A stretch of 64,000 nt of DNA. Origin: Escherichia coli. Its GTDB lineage: Bacteria; Pseudomonadota; Gammaproteobacteria; Enterobacterales; Enterobacteriaceae. This document shows, one piece after another, positions 48,116 through 58,523 of this stretch; positions within the stretch are counted from its first letter, which is position 1, and every line of letters begins with the position of its first letter. A model generated the notes under the pieces. It saw nothing but the letters and a program-made list of their open reading frames with translations, ran no database searches and was not told the origin of the DNA. The position numbers were made by a program, and so were the translations under genes. Location: assembly GCF_051903065.1 (NCBI RefSeq), contig NZ_CP178438.1; one strand, written 5' to 3'.

Positions 48116-49552
48116 TTACACCCGTCCGTAGCGATCCGCGAAGCGCACCACATCATCCTCTTCGAGATAAGAGCCGGAGCGCACTTCAATTAAATCGAGC
48201 GGAATTTTCCCCGGGTTTTCCAGGCAGTGCGTCGCCCCCAGCGGTATATAAATGGACTCGTTTTCACCAAGCAGTTTGATATCACCGTCAATGGTGACTT
48301 TTGCCGTTCCCGCGACAACCACCCAGTGTTCCGCGCGGTGATGGTGCATCTGTACCGACAAGCCTTCGCCCGGTTTCACGGTGATGCGTTTCACCTGGTA
48401 GCGGTCGCCCGCGTCGATAGAGTCATATTTGCCCCACGGGCGATAGACTTCGCGATGTACCCGATGCTCATGGCGACCATCGGCTTTGATCTGCTCGACC
48501 ACTTTTTTCACATCCTGCACCGCGTTACGGTCGGCAATCAGCACCGCATCTTTGGTCTGCACCACTACCAGATCTTTCACCCCGACGGTGGTTACGAGGC
48601 CAGATTCGGCATACACATAGCTGTTTTCAGTTTTGTGATTAATCACATCGCCATGGCAAACGTTGCCCTCGGCGGTGTGGGCACTGATCTCCCATAAAGA
48701 GGACCAGGAACCGACATCGCTCCAGCCCGCATCCATCGGCACCACAACGGCATCTGCCGTACGTTCCATGACCGCGTAATCCACCGACTCTTCCGGGCAG
48801 GCCAGAAACGCTTCTTCATCCACGCGAATAAAATCGAGATCCGGATCGACGGCGCTCATCGCTTTTTCACAGGCATCGAGAATATCCGGGCGATATTTTT
48901 TCAGTTCTTCGAGATAGCGTCCGGCGCGGAACAGGAACATACCGCTGTTCCAGTAATATTCGCCGCTTGCCACATAGGCCTGAGCGGTTTCCAGATTCGG
49001 TTTTTCGACAAACTGCGCCACTTCAAAGGCCACCGTATCCTGCTCACCCGCCGACACTTCACCGCGACGAATATAGCCATAACCGGTTTCTGGTAGATCC
49101 GGCACGATGCCAAAGGTCACCAGCTTGCCCGCTTCGGCATACGGCATGGCATTACGCACGGCGGCACGGAACGCGTCTTCATCGGCAATCACATGATCCG
49201 CCGCCAATACCAGCATTAACGGGTCGCTCTCCGGGCTATGACGTTTTGCCGCCAGCGCCGCCAACGCAATGGCAGGTGCTGTGTTACGCCCTGCAGGTTC
49301 GAGAATAATGTTCTCGGTGAGTTTGTTCAGTTGACGCAGCTGTTCCGCGACAATAAAGCGGTGCTGCTCATTGCAAATCACCACAGGGCTTTCGCACTCC
49401 ACGCCGTTCAGGCGGCAGATGGTGGTTTGCAGCATGGTGAGATCGCCTTTCAGGCATAAAAACTGCTTGGGATAAAGTACGCGGGAAAGCGGCCATAAGC
49501 GGCTACCGGAGCCACCTGCCATCACAACTGGATAGAGTTTCGACTGCGCCAT
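48116..49552 (-). CDS. cpsB: Mannose-1-phosphate guanylyltransferase
   Basis: 478 aa, [24 protein letters not shown]... Confidence 0.92.
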   Translation of the reverse strand: MAQSKLYPVVMAGGSGSRLWPLSRVLYPKQFLCLKGDLTMLQTTICRLNGVECESPVVICNEQHRFIVAEQLRQLNKLTENIILEPAGRNTAPAIALAALAAKRHSPESDPLMLVLAADHVIADEDAFRAAVRNAMPYAEAGKLVTFGIVPDLPETGYGYIRRGEVSAGEQDTVAFEVAQFVEKPNLETAQAYVASGEYYWNSGMFLFRAGRYLEELKKYRPDILDACEKAMSAVDPDLDFIRVDEEAFLACPEESVDYAVMERTADAVVVPMDAGWSDVGSWSSLWEISAHTAEGNVCHGDVINHKTENSYVYAESGLVTTVGVKDLVVVQTKDAVLIADRNAVQDVKKVVEQIKADGRHEHRVHREVYRPWGKYDSIDAGDRYQVKRITVKPGEGLSVQMHHHRAEHWVVVAGTAKVTIDGDIKLLGENESIYIPLGATHCLENPGKIPLDLIEVRSGSYLEEDDVVRFADRYGRV

Positions 49553-49554
49553 AA

Positions 49555-50778
49555 TTATCCCCGAATATCATTTATAAATTGACGTAACACGTTCTCTTTA
49601 TCGAGCGTGCGTTCGGCATATTCACGTGCCACCGTGTTGTGTTTGGGCAGCAGGAGCGCCTGACGAATCCCCGCCACCAGCGCCTCAACCGATTCCGGTT
49701 CTACGCAAACCGCAATGCCCGGAAAGGTTTCGCAAAGCTGCCCCAGTTCTGTGTGGGCTTCTGCGGTAATCACCGCGTTACCGCCTACTGCCAGAATATT
49801 GGTCAGTTTCGACGGCAATACGGCATCTGCCGCGCCGCGTTTTTGCACCACCAGATGGCAATCGCCCATCTTCAGCAGTGCGGGTAAAGCGTCATACGAT
49901 TGCAGCGGGAAAAATTGCATGTTGTGCAGTCCACGCTGCTGCGCCATTTTTTCCAGCCGCGCTTTGCCGCCGCCCTGCCCGACAATGGCAAAAATCAGCG
50001 GTTCATCACGCAGGCGTTCGGCAGCTTCAATAACGTTTTCCAGCCCCTGCTTTTCACCAATATTGCCGGAGTAAAGAATGATTTTTTTGTTATCCGGCAG
50101 GCCAAGCTGGTTACGAAGAGCATCAACATCGGCGTCTGCAACATGCTGAAAACGGGCGATTTCCGACCAGTTGGGGAAGAAGATGACGTTTTCCGCCGCC
50201 ACGCCTTTTTCGATGGCTTTATTCATCATCGAACGCGAAATCGTGGAGACGTTATCGACGTTATGCAATCCGCTACGCTCAAACGCTGTTGCCAGCTGTG
50301 CCACTTTGCCGCCTTTGCCTTTTCCGGCAAGGCCCAGCCCCAGCATGGCGTCCACTTCGTAATCCTGAATATGCAGCACGGTACGCGCACCAGAGAGTTT
50401 CGCCAGCAGGCGCATTCCCGGCGTGCAAAACAGCGTTGGCACCACGCCGATAATACGATCCGGCTTCCAGCGACGTTGCGCCATCAACGGGAAAAAACTG
50501 CTGACGGCAAAACTGCCGAGATGCAACAGGCGTTTCAGGGTGCTCGGCTGTTTTGGCACATACAGCGGGCAGCGCCACACCGTGGCGGCCCCCTCTTCTC
50601 GTTTGTAGCGCCAGGCGGAATAGTTCTCGCCCACCTGCCACTGCGGGTAGTAAGGCGGTGCGGTAATGACCCGCACCTCATGACCTTGTGCCGCCAGCCA
50701 TTCCACCATCTCGCCGGTGTACTTGCCGATGCCGGTTAACTCCGGCGAGTAGTTAATGCCGTAGACCAGTATTTTCAT
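49555..50778 (-). CDS. wcaI: Colanic acid glycosyltransferase (GT4)
   Basis: 407 aa, [20 protein letters not shown]... Confidence 0.9.
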   Translation of the reverse strand: MKILVYGINYSPELTGIGKYTGEMVEWLAAQGHEVRVITAPPYYPQWQVGENYSAWRYKREEGAATVWRCPLYVPKQPSTLKRLLHLGSFAVSSFFPLMAQRRWKPDRIIGVVPTLFCTPGMRLLAKLSGARTVLHIQDYEVDAMLGLGLAGKGKGGKVAQLATAFERSGLHNVDNVSTISRSMMNKAIEKGVAAENVIFFPNWSEIARFQHVADADVDALRNQLGLPDNKKIILYSGNIGEKQGLENVIEAAERLRDEPLIFAIVGQGGGKARLEKMAQQRGLHNMQFFPLQSYDALPALLKMGDCHLVVQKRGAADAVLPSKLTNILAVGGNAVITAEAHTELGQLCETFPGIAVCVEPESVEALVAGIRQALLLPKHNTVAREYAERTLDKENVLRQFINDIRG

Positions 50779-51257
50779 AATCCGGGTACTCCGGCACGCT
50801 TCTCAGCGAGAAAATAGGCGCGGCTGTTAGCGTGAACATTGTCACTGGCGAGCAGTGCGTCCGGCGTCAGCCAGCGGTAATCGTCATGCTGTTCATCCGG
50901 CAGTAACAGCTCTTCTTCAGCGACTCTGAAGCAAAAACCGAGCACCACATAGTGAGTGGTGAAATCCGTGCCAGAGAAGTTATCGTCATAAAAGTGCTGC
51001 CAGACACCGTAAAACTGGCCTGCTGTTATCGGCAGACGCAGCCCCAGTTCCGCCATCGTCAGCCGCTCAAATGCGGCCTCCAGCGTTTCGTCTTTCTGCA
51101 CGCGCCCTCCCGGCACAAACCAGTAACCCTGCGCCGGGCGGTTGGTTCTTTTGCCAAGCAGAAACTCGCCGCGACTGTTCTCAACAATAAAGTCGAGAGA
51201 GACAAGCGGGGTGGAGCGCACTACCGTGGCAAAGTCTTCCTGACGTAAAAACATCAT
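50775..51257 (-). CDS. gmm: GDP-mannose mannosyl hydrolase (Nudix)
   Basis: 160 aa; ATGA overlap with wcaI. Confidence 0.9.
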   Translation of the reverse strand: MMFLRQEDFATVVRSTPLVSLDFIVENSRGEFLLGKRTNRPAQGYWFVPGGRVQKDETLEAAFERLTMAELGLRLPITAGQFYGVWQHFYDDNFSGTDFTTHYVVLGFCFRVAEEELLLPDEQHDDYRWLTPDALLASDNVHANSRAYFLAEKRAGVPGL

Positions 51258-52222
51258 TACCCCCGAAAGCGGTCTTGATTCTCAAGGAACCACTGGTAAG
51301 TGCTGGCAAGCCCCGCTTCCAGTGAGATTTCGTGATACCAGCCAAGCTGATGCAGGCGCGTCACATCCAGCAGTTTGCGCGGCGTACCATCCGGTTTACT
51401 GGCATCAAAAACCACCCGACCTTTGTAACCCACCACTTTGGCGATGGTTTGCGCCAGCTCGCGGATAGTGCAGTCAATGCCCGTACCGACGTTAATGTGC
51501 GACAGCATCGGCTGGGTGTTCTCCAGCCAGACTTCGTGCGCCAGCTCCATCACGTGAATGCTTGCCGCCGCCATATCATCGACATGCAGAAATTCGCGCA
51601 TCGGTGTACCGCTGCCCCACACCACCACGTCCGGTGCATTCTGTGCCGTCGCCTCGTGGAAGCGACGCAGCAATGCAGGGATCACATGCGAATTACTCGG
51701 GTGGAAGTTGTCATGCGGGCCATACAGGTTGGTCGGCATGACTGAGCGGTAATCGCGTCCATACTGGCGGTTGTAAGATTCGCACAGTTTGATCCCGGCG
51801 ATTTTGGCAATGGCGTAAGGCTCGTTGGTCGGCTCCAGCGTGCCCTGCAATAATTCGCTTTCTGCCATCGGCTGTTTTGCCAGTTTCGGGTAGATGCAGG
51901 ACGATCCAAGAAACAGCAGTTTGTTCACGTCGTTCTGATGCGCGGCGTGAATGATGTTGCTCTCAATCATCATGTTCTGGTAGATGAAATCCGCCGGGTA
52001 GGTGTTGTTGGCAACAATGCCGCCCACTTTCGCCGCCGCCAGATAGACCTGGTCAATGCTTTCGCTGGCAAAGAAATCATGCACGGCGCGGCTGTCCAGC
52101 AGGTTAAGCTCGTCGCGGGTGCGTAATACCAGTTCCACATCACCGCGCTGTTCGAGCTGCCGCCTGATGGCGGAACCGACCATCCCGCGATGGCCAGCAA
52201 TAAAAATGCGTTGTCTACTCAT
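51257..52222 (-). CDS. fcl: GDP-L-fucose synthase
   Basis: 321 aa, [21 protein letters not shown]... Confidence 0.92.
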   Translation of the reverse strand: MSRQRIFIAGHRGMVGSAIRRQLEQRGDVELVLRTRDELNLLDSRAVHDFFASESIDQVYLAAAKVGGIVANNTYPADFIYQNMMIESNIIHAAHQNDVNKLLFLGSSCIYPKLAKQPMAESELLQGTLEPTNEPYAIAKIAGIKLCESYNRQYGRDYRSVMPTNLYGPHDNFHPSNSHVIPALLRRFHEATAQNAPDVVVWGSGTPMREFLHVDDMAAASIHVMELAHEVWLENTQPMLSHINVGTGIDCTIRELAQTIAKVVGYKGRVVFDASKPDGTPRKLLDVTRLHQLGWYHEISLEAGLASTYQWFLENQDRFRG

Positions 52223-52224
52223 GC

Positions 52225-53346
52225 TTATGACTCCAGCGCGATCGCCACGTCGTAGCCGTGAGATTTCAGCAGAGAGTGTTTTTTCGCCGCTTCGAGGTCA
52301 TTAGCCACCATTTCAGACACCATCTCTCTGAGGGTGATTTCCGGTTTCCAGCCCAGTTTTTCGTGCGCTTTGGTCGGGTCGCCGAGCAGCGTTTCAACTT
52401 CTGCCGGACGGAAGTAACGCGGGTCAACGGCGATAATCACATCACCCGGTTTAACGCCCGGCGCGTCATGTCCGGTGACGGAAACCACAATGCCCTTCTC
52501 TTCAACACCCGTGCCTTCAAAGCGCAGTTTGATGCCCAGCTGTGCTGCCGCCATTTCTACGAACTGACGTACGGAGTACTGAACGCCGGTCGCGATAACG
52601 AAATCTTCTGGCTGTTCCTGTTGCAGCATCATCCACTGCATTTTTACGTAGTCTTTGGCATGGCCCCAGTCACGCAGGGAATCCATATTGCCGAGGTACA
52701 GGCACGACTCCAGCCCCTGGGCGATGTTGGCGATTGCGCGGGTGATTTTGCGGGTAACGAAGGTTTCGCCGCGGCGCGGGGATTCATGGTTGAAGAGAAT
52801 ACCGTTACAGGCATACATGCCGTAGGATTCACGGTAGTTGACGGTGATCCAGTAGGCATACAGTTTGGCGACCGCATACGGAGAGCGCGGATAGAACGGC
52901 GTGGTCTCTTTCTGCGGAATTTCCTGCACCAGACCATACAGTTCAGAGGTGGAAGCCTGATAGAAACGGGTTTTCTTTTCCAGACCGAGGAAGCGGATCG
53001 CCTCCAGCAGGCGCAGCGTACCCATCGCGTCGACGTCAGCGGTATATTCCGGTGACTCAAAAGAAACCGCAACGTGGCTCATTGCGCCCAGGTTGTACAC
53101 TTCATCCGGCTGTACTTCACGCAAAATGCGCGTCAGGTTGGAGGTATCACTCAGGTCGCCATAATGCAGATGGAATTTCGGGTTGCAGGTGTGCGGATCC
53201 TGATAAATGTGATCCACGCGCTCGGTGTTGAATGACGATGCGCGACGCTTAATACCATGCACCTCGTAACCTTTTTCCAGCAGAAACTCTGCCAGGTAAG
53301 AACCGTCTTGTCCGGTTACACCGGTGATGAGAGCGACTTTTGACAT
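52225..53346 (-). CDS. gmd: GDP-mannose 4,6-dehydratase
   Basis: 373 aa, [35 protein letters not shown]... Confidence 0.95.
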
Positions 53347-53373
53347 GTCTTATTCCTCTGTATTTTTTTGAAT

Positions 53374-53922
53374 TTATTCAGTTTCAACGCGTTTGCGTAT
53401 CACCACTGCGGGATTCCCCCGGCAAACCACATTTGCCGGAAGCGATTTAAAAACACTGCTTCGTGCACCCACGACGGTGCCGTCGCCAATCGTGACGCCT
53501 GGGGCAACAAAAACATCGGTTGCCAGCCAGCATTTCTCGCCAATCACAATAGGCGTGGCGTTAATGGTGAAATGTTGACTTGCATGGTCGTGGCTCCCGG
53601 TGCATAAATAACTTTTTTGCGATATCACCGAATGTGCGCCAATGGTTATTTCACCGAGGGTATATAAATTGACGTCATCGCCGACCCACGCGTAATCACC
53701 TAAGGTTAATTTCCACGGATAGGTAATTTTTACTGACGGACGAATAACTACGTTTTTTCCTATTTTTGCGCCGAATAAACGTAATAAAAATGTCCGCCAG
53801 CGATACAATACTTGTGGCGACCAGGCAAATAATGTTGCCTGTACTGCCCACCACAATTGCACTTTAATAGCGTTGCCGCCCCGGAACCCTTTCGGCACCG
53901 AGAACCCACTTAAATCCTGCAT
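53374..53922 (-). CDS. wcaF: Colanic acid acetyltransferase (hexapeptide repeat)
   Basis: 182 aa. Confidence 0.9.
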   Translation of the reverse strand: MQDLSGFSVPKGFRGGNAIKVQLWWAVQATLFAWSPQVLYRWRTFLLRLFGAKIGKNVVIRPSVKITYPWKLTLGDYAWVGDDVNLYTLGEITIGAHSVISQKSYLCTGSHDHASQHFTINATPIVIGEKCWLATDVFVAPGVTIGDGTVVGARSSVFKSLPANVVCRGNPAVVIRKRVETE

Positions 53923-53937
53923 CGTTTTTCCTTATAT

Positions 53938-54684
53938 TTAGCTTTTGTTATATAAGGCTTTCGTCTTTGAGGTAGTACGCTGGCGTAAATGCCAGGATAG
54001 TTCTGCCCAGAAGCCAGGCACATGTAATATTTGCCGTTGGACTTTTTTGGCGTCAGCACACAATTCCATATTATTGGTGGTTGATACCCCACCCATAGAA
54101 AATTCAGACACCAGACCATTGAGTTTTTTAAATGCATAACCGGCTTTATACATTTTGGCTGCCAGCGCGTAATCAGAAGAAACTTTATATTCCAGGTCAT
54201 AACGCCATTTTTTCAAACCGGATACCGGGAAAAATATCGCCTGATGACTGGCGGGCAGGCTGTGATAAATATACCAACCCGGTTTGGCGCTACGTTTAAT
54301 TTTATGCCCGTCGCCAAAATCCAGCAGCGCATCGCCGGTGATCATCATGTTATCTTTTTGCATTTTTAACTTACGGACAAAATTTGCGGCATCCTGATGA
54401 AAAATATCGCCCGAGTTGAGAAACAACGCGAACTTGCCTTGTGCCATCGCAATGCCCTTGTTCATGGCGTCGTAGATACCGTTATCTGGCTCGCTGACAA
54501 AGCGTAGGTTATAGATACCATTGAGATTTTCCAGGTACTCACGGGTGCCGTCATTGGAACCGCCATCGACAACAATCCATTCGAAGCTGATATCGTCCGC
54601 CTGCGCCAGATGCGCCAGCGAGGCGTGTGTTTTGACTATCCCTTCGAGGTTACGAAACGCGACAGTGATTATGCTAAGCAACAT
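53938..54684 (-). CDS. wcaE: Colanic acid glycosyltransferase (GT2)
   Basis: 248 aa, [23 protein letters not shown]... Confidence 0.9.
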   Translation of the reverse strand: MLLSIITVAFRNLEGIVKTHASLAHLAQADDISFEWIVVDGGSNDGTREYLENLNGIYNLRFVSEPDNGIYDAMNKGIAMAQGKFALFLNSGDIFHQDAANFVRKLKMQKDNMMITGDALLDFGDGHKIKRSAKPGWYIYHSLPASHQAIFFPVSGLKKWRYDLEYKVSSDYALAAKMYKAGYAFKKLNGLVSEFSMGGVSTTNNMELCADAKKVQRQILHVPGFWAELSWHLRQRTTSKTKALYNKS

Positions 54685-54694
54685 GTTCTTATTC

Positions 54695-55912
54695 TTACCT
54701 CGTAATATTTAACGCTTTTCGCAAAATAAACGGACAGACGATTAAAAATGCATATTCCGGGCTAAATATCGAACCGGTAAAAAACAGCGATACCGGAGTA
54801 AAAAGATATAATTGCACGCGAAAATTGCGGTTATCACCAAAAGCGTTGATCATCATTTTTATCACTTTCCCCATGTACCACAGCGATAAAAACACCGCGA
54901 ACCAGGAAAAATAAATAATCAGCAGATACAAACCATTGTCTATGGTTTTTCCGATATCCGCACCGTTAAATATTCCGAATGATGCGACATATTCATAAAG
55001 TGAGCCAAATCTGACTACACCGTCAATATGGGTCAAAGAATAACCGACCATCACCAGCGGACCGACAATACGATAATACGATGACGATCCTTCCGTACCT
55101 AAATCGCCCAGACGGGTGGAAATATAAGGAAACGCGATTACCACACCAACCAGGAATACAGCCAGAGAAATCAATGCTAACGGTAACTTTTTCTTAATCG
55201 CCTCTTTATTCAGATATTGAAATGCCCACTCCAGCAAATAAAACAGGATAAAGGTCATAACCCCTGAAAACGATCCGGATAATATTATCCCTGCGAGAAT
55301 CATAGCATCTGTTTTAGGCGTTTTGATACCAAACTGTTTGATGCTGAGCCAAATTGAGATTAATGCCAGAGCGAAAAATGCCGGTTCGAAATAAAGTGCT
55401 GTCGTGCGCTTGCCGCCGAATTTAATGAAATTCAGCACATAGCTGTTGCTGTAAATCAGATATTTCGAAATCGACTCCATAATACTGCTGCCACCGGTGA
55501 GGATAATTTGCGCCATCTCCACCGCCGCCAGCGCCACCACCAGCCCGACCACCAGATAAAAGAAACGTAATATCTTGCGATGGTTGTGTGGCGAAATTGT
55601 TTTAAAACGAATACTCCACACCATGCCAATAATGATCACAATATAGACAAACAGCATGGTTGAAGTGACGTATTTACTGGCATCCAGCGACTGACCAAAC
55701 AGATAGTTAAACGCCGTGAGTCCCGCACCAATCCCTAAGGCAATCATCAATTTTTTAACGCTGATGCGTTCTAAAAACAGCAGTAACAAGACAGGTAAAA
55801 AAGTGACGATAGTGATGGGGAAACTTTCACCAAGCTGGGCGATTTTGACGTTAACCAGCAGGTAGATCAGCGGCAGCAGCAGGTAGCTACAGATTCTGAT
55901 AGAAGTTGACAT
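54695..55912 (-). CDS. wcaD: Colanic acid polymerase
   Basis: Internal ATG gives [22 protein letters not shown]...; the track ORF extends 24 codons further into wcaC. Confidence 0.85.
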   Translation of the reverse strand: MSTSIRICSYLLLPLIYLLVNVKIAQLGESFPITIVTFLPVLLLLFLERISVKKLMIALGIGAGLTAFNYLFGQSLDASKYVTSTMLFVYIVIIIGMVWSIRFKTISPHNHRKILRFFYLVVGLVVALAAVEMAQIILTGGSSIMESISKYLIYSNSYVLNFIKFGGKRTTALYFEPAFFALALISIWLSIKQFGIKTPKTDAMILAGIILSGSFSGVMTFILFYLLEWAFQYLNKEAIKKKLPLALISLAVFLVGVVIAFPYISTRLGDLGTEGSSSYYRIVGPLVMVGYSLTHIDGVVRFGSLYEYVASFGIFNGADIGKTIDNGLYLLIIYFSWFAVFLSLWYMGKVIKMMINAFGDNRNFRVQLYLFTPVSLFFTGSIFSPEYAFLIVCPFILRKALNITR

Positions 55913-57104
55913 ACTCCTCCAGCATCTGTTGTCCACTGTAGGCGGCGCGGCTGCGCTGGCTGAACTCAGCCAGCGTGGTACCAAATATCGCCTGCGCGAT
56001 TTCCGGTTTGCTTAACTGGACCAGTTGCAGCACGTCTTCTTCGCTGACGGTTTTACCGCCGGATTTTTGCAACACTTCACGCGCCGCGTCGCTATGGGTG
56101 GCAATCACCGGCACGCCAATTGATAACGCCTCACACAAAATCAGCGGGTAGTTATCGACACGAGAACTGAACACCAGCGCATCCATCTGATTGAGCGCGC
56201 TCATCAGCTTACGTTTGTCGGTTTCAAAGCCGTGATTGACCACGTTGCCAGCGGTGAACGGCGAGAACTTACCGAAGGTATGCAGTTCGATTTTGTCGTC
56301 CAGCGCCATCATCTCGCGCACCAGTTGCTGGTTAGTTTTGCCGTCGTAACGCAGGTCATGCGCTACCACCGCGATTTTCGGCTTGCCCTGAGTTTCGCGC
56401 ACCGGAGGCAGATCCGCCAGAATCGCTTCGGTTGCCATATCAATACCGTTATTGATAATCCGGCAACGCCCTGGACCGTACAGGCTATTGAAAGCGTCAG
56501 CCACATGCTGGCTGGGGGAAATAAACTGACAGCCCAGCGCCAGCATCTCAAGGAATAACTGGCGTTTGCCCGCCACCAGTTGGTGTGCGCGATCAATCTT
56601 CACCGGCGGATAATTATTTAAGGTCGGGCATTTCTGGCAGCCCGTTTTCCAGCCTTCACAACCGTCAGTAAAGGCGCAGCGCCCGGTAACGCTCCAGTGG
56701 TCGTGCAGCGTCCAGACCAGAGTGACATCCGGTTTGTGGTTTTTCACCTTTTCGCAAAAGCGCACCACGCTCTTAAGATTCAACCAGTAGCTGTGCAGCA
56801 CATGAAAATGCAGGACCACCGGACCCGGTGTGCGAGTAATGGTGCGATATAACTCATTGAAATTGCCGAACAGATCGCGATTAAACAGACGAAACAGGGC
56901 AATGTTCGCCATCGCAGTCATCCGCGGCGTATGTTTGATGACCTGCGGATAGTTTTGATGGCTGACGCTCTCTTTGCCGCCTTTGCCGTAGCCGTAGACA
57001 AAATGTGACGCCAGCCCCTGTTGCAGCGCACGCTGGTGGAGATCTAACGCCACACCTGCTGCCCCGCCTTCCGCCAGTCGCACATTAAATTGCAAAATAT
57101 TCAT
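55887..57104 (-). CDS. wcaC: Colanic acid glycosyltransferase (GT4)
   Basis: 405 aa, MNILQFNVRLAEGGAAGVALDLHQRAL... Confidence 0.9.
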   Translation of the reverse strand: MNILQFNVRLAEGGAAGVALDLHQRALQQGLASHFVYGYGKGGKESVSHQNYPQVIKHTPRMTAMANIALFRLFNRDLFGNFNELYRTITRTPGPVVLHFHVLHSYWLNLKSVVRFCEKVKNHKPDVTLVWTLHDHWSVTGRCAFTDGCEGWKTGCQKCPTLNNYPPVKIDRAHQLVAGKRQLFLEMLALGCQFISPSQHVADAFNSLYGPGRCRIINNGIDMATEAILADLPPVRETQGKPKIAVVAHDLRYDGKTNQQLVREMMALDDKIELHTFGKFSPFTAGNVVNHGFETDKRKLMSALNQMDALVFSSRVDNYPLILCEALSIGVPVIATHSDAAREVLQKSGGKTVSEEDVLQLVQLSKPEIAQAIFGTTLAEFSQRSRAAYSGQQMLEEYVNFYQNL

Positions 57105-57589
57105 TTGATTACCTTCACTCGCGCTTTTTCTCCCACCACCAGCGCGTTGTCCGGGACAGAATCGAGCACCACGCTGCCCGCGCCCACGGTGACGTTGTTA
57201 CCAAGCGTGATATCACCAAGAATAATGACGTTGGCACCGAGTTCGACGCCGTTGCCAATGTGTGGACATGCCATGTTATCGGCACCACGATTGCCGATAG
57301 TGACGCCGTGGCGAATGGTAAAATCATCCCCCGCTACCACGTTTTTATTGATCACTACGGCGTAACCGTGATGGATAGTAAAGCGGCGGCCAATGGTCGC
57401 GGCAGCCTGGATTTCATAACCGAAAAAGCATTCGGTGATAATGCGATACAGCACCAGCAGCGGGGCCGCCCACAGATTGTTGAGAACGTTCTTTTTGCGC
57501 CACACCGAACAAAAATGAGCGACGCGATAGGCAAGAACCATGCAGCACGGGCGTAAACTCCAGCTGTTGGCGCGTAGATCTTCCAGCAT
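57101..57589 (-). CDS. wcaB: Colanic acid acetyltransferase (hexapeptide repeat)
   Basis: 162 aa; ATGA overlap with wcaC. Confidence 0.9.
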   Translation of the reverse strand: MLEDLRANSWSLRPCCMVLAYRVAHFCSVWRKKNVLNNLWAAPLLVLYRIITECFFGYEIQAAATIGRRFTIHHGYAVVINKNVVAGDDFTIRHGVTIGNRGADNMACPHIGNGVELGANVIILGDITLGNNVTVGAGSVVLDSVPDNALVVGEKARVKVIK

Positions 57590-57591
57590 AT

Positions 57592-58431
57592 TTAGCGCCC
57601 CCGAATACCATCAGCCAGACGTTTGCCGTTACGCACCGACAGCAGCGTCAGCAAAGTGCGCCAGGTCATGCGTTTATTGCGGATCTGGTAGAGGGTAAAC
57701 AGCTGATATTTTTTGCTGGCGCGGTCAAATTTGTCTTTGTGCTTGCGGTAAAAGTGGAAGTATCCGGAGAATTTTTTCGGTGACGAGGTGATCTGCATTT
57801 CACCGTGATTGATATGCAGGATCTGCGTCGCCTCTTCCACTTTCCACGGTTCGCCATACTCCACCACCATCCGCAGGAAGATGTCGTAATCCTGTGCCGC
57901 TTTCAGTTCGGTATCGAACAAACACTCTTTGAAACGCCATGCCCAGGTAAAGACCTGATTGCCAATGATATTGCGTTTATAGAACAGGCGGCGTGAGTAC
58001 GGCGATTTGGGATACAGTGGTAAGCTTGCCGGTTGGGAATAAACTTCTCCCTGGCATACGTAGTCGTTAGCGTACAAAAAGGCGTGAGTGACCAGTTGCT
58101 GTTTATGGGCGAGGAAGACGCTCAGACGGTTGGGTGTCCATTCATCATCATCATCGATCCCGGTGATGTATTCCCCTTGCGCCAGCATAATCGCCTGGTT
58201 ACGTACCGCGCAAGCCCCGCTGTTAATGTCGTTGTGAATGTAGGTAATACGCGGATCGTTGAGGGCGGTGACGTACTGTTGCAGTTGTTCCCAGGAGGTG
58301 GAGCAATCATCCACGATGATCATCTCCCAGTTGCTGTAGTCCTGGCGCATGACCGATTTTATCGCCCGAATCGCCAGTTGTTGGCGGTTCCAGGTCGGCA
58401 TATAGATTGAGATCAGCGGATTGTCTTTCAT
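57592..58431 (-). CDS. wcaA: Colanic acid glycosyltransferase (GT2)
   Basis: 279 aa, ...ISIYMPTWNRQQLAIRAIKSVMRQDYSNWEMIIVDDCST... Confidence 0.9.
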   Translation of the reverse strand: MKDNPLISIYMPTWNRQQLAIRAIKSVMRQDYSNWEMIIVDDCSTSWEQLQQYVTALNDPRITYIHNDINSGACAVRNQAIMLAQGEYITGIDDDDEWTPNRLSVFLAHKQQLVTHAFLYANDYVCQGEVYSQPASLPLYPKSPYSRRLFYKRNIIGNQVFTWAWRFKECLFDTELKAAQDYDIFLRMVVEYGEPWKVEEATQILHINHGEMQITSSPKKFSGYFHFYRKHKDKFDRASKKYQLFTLYQIRNKRMTWRTLLTLLSVRNGKRLADGIRGR

Positions 58432-58465
58432 AGGTTGTTCTCCCGGCTTATGAGCTGGTTTGCTT

Positions 58466-58520
58466 GCCGGATGCGGCGTGAACGCCTTATCCGGCCTACG
58501 GGGCGGTGCGAATGCAGGCG
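58466..58520. repeat. REP element between wzc and wcaA
   Basis: GCCGGATGCGGCGTGAACGCCTTATCCGGCCTACG. Confidence 0.7.
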
Positions 58521-58523
58521 TCG

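Noticed and set aside
49900-50739. 279-aa plus-strand ORF antisense to wcaI, and similar long antisense ORFs at 52258-53055 (gmd), 42338-43003 (wcaK), 44503-45096 (wzxC), 46736-47263 (cpsG), 59865-60449 (wzc) and 4022-4687 (ldtA)
   Set aside because: All are embedded antisense in well-supported GC-rich genes and have Arg/His-rich, low-complexity translations, as expected for shadow ORFs.
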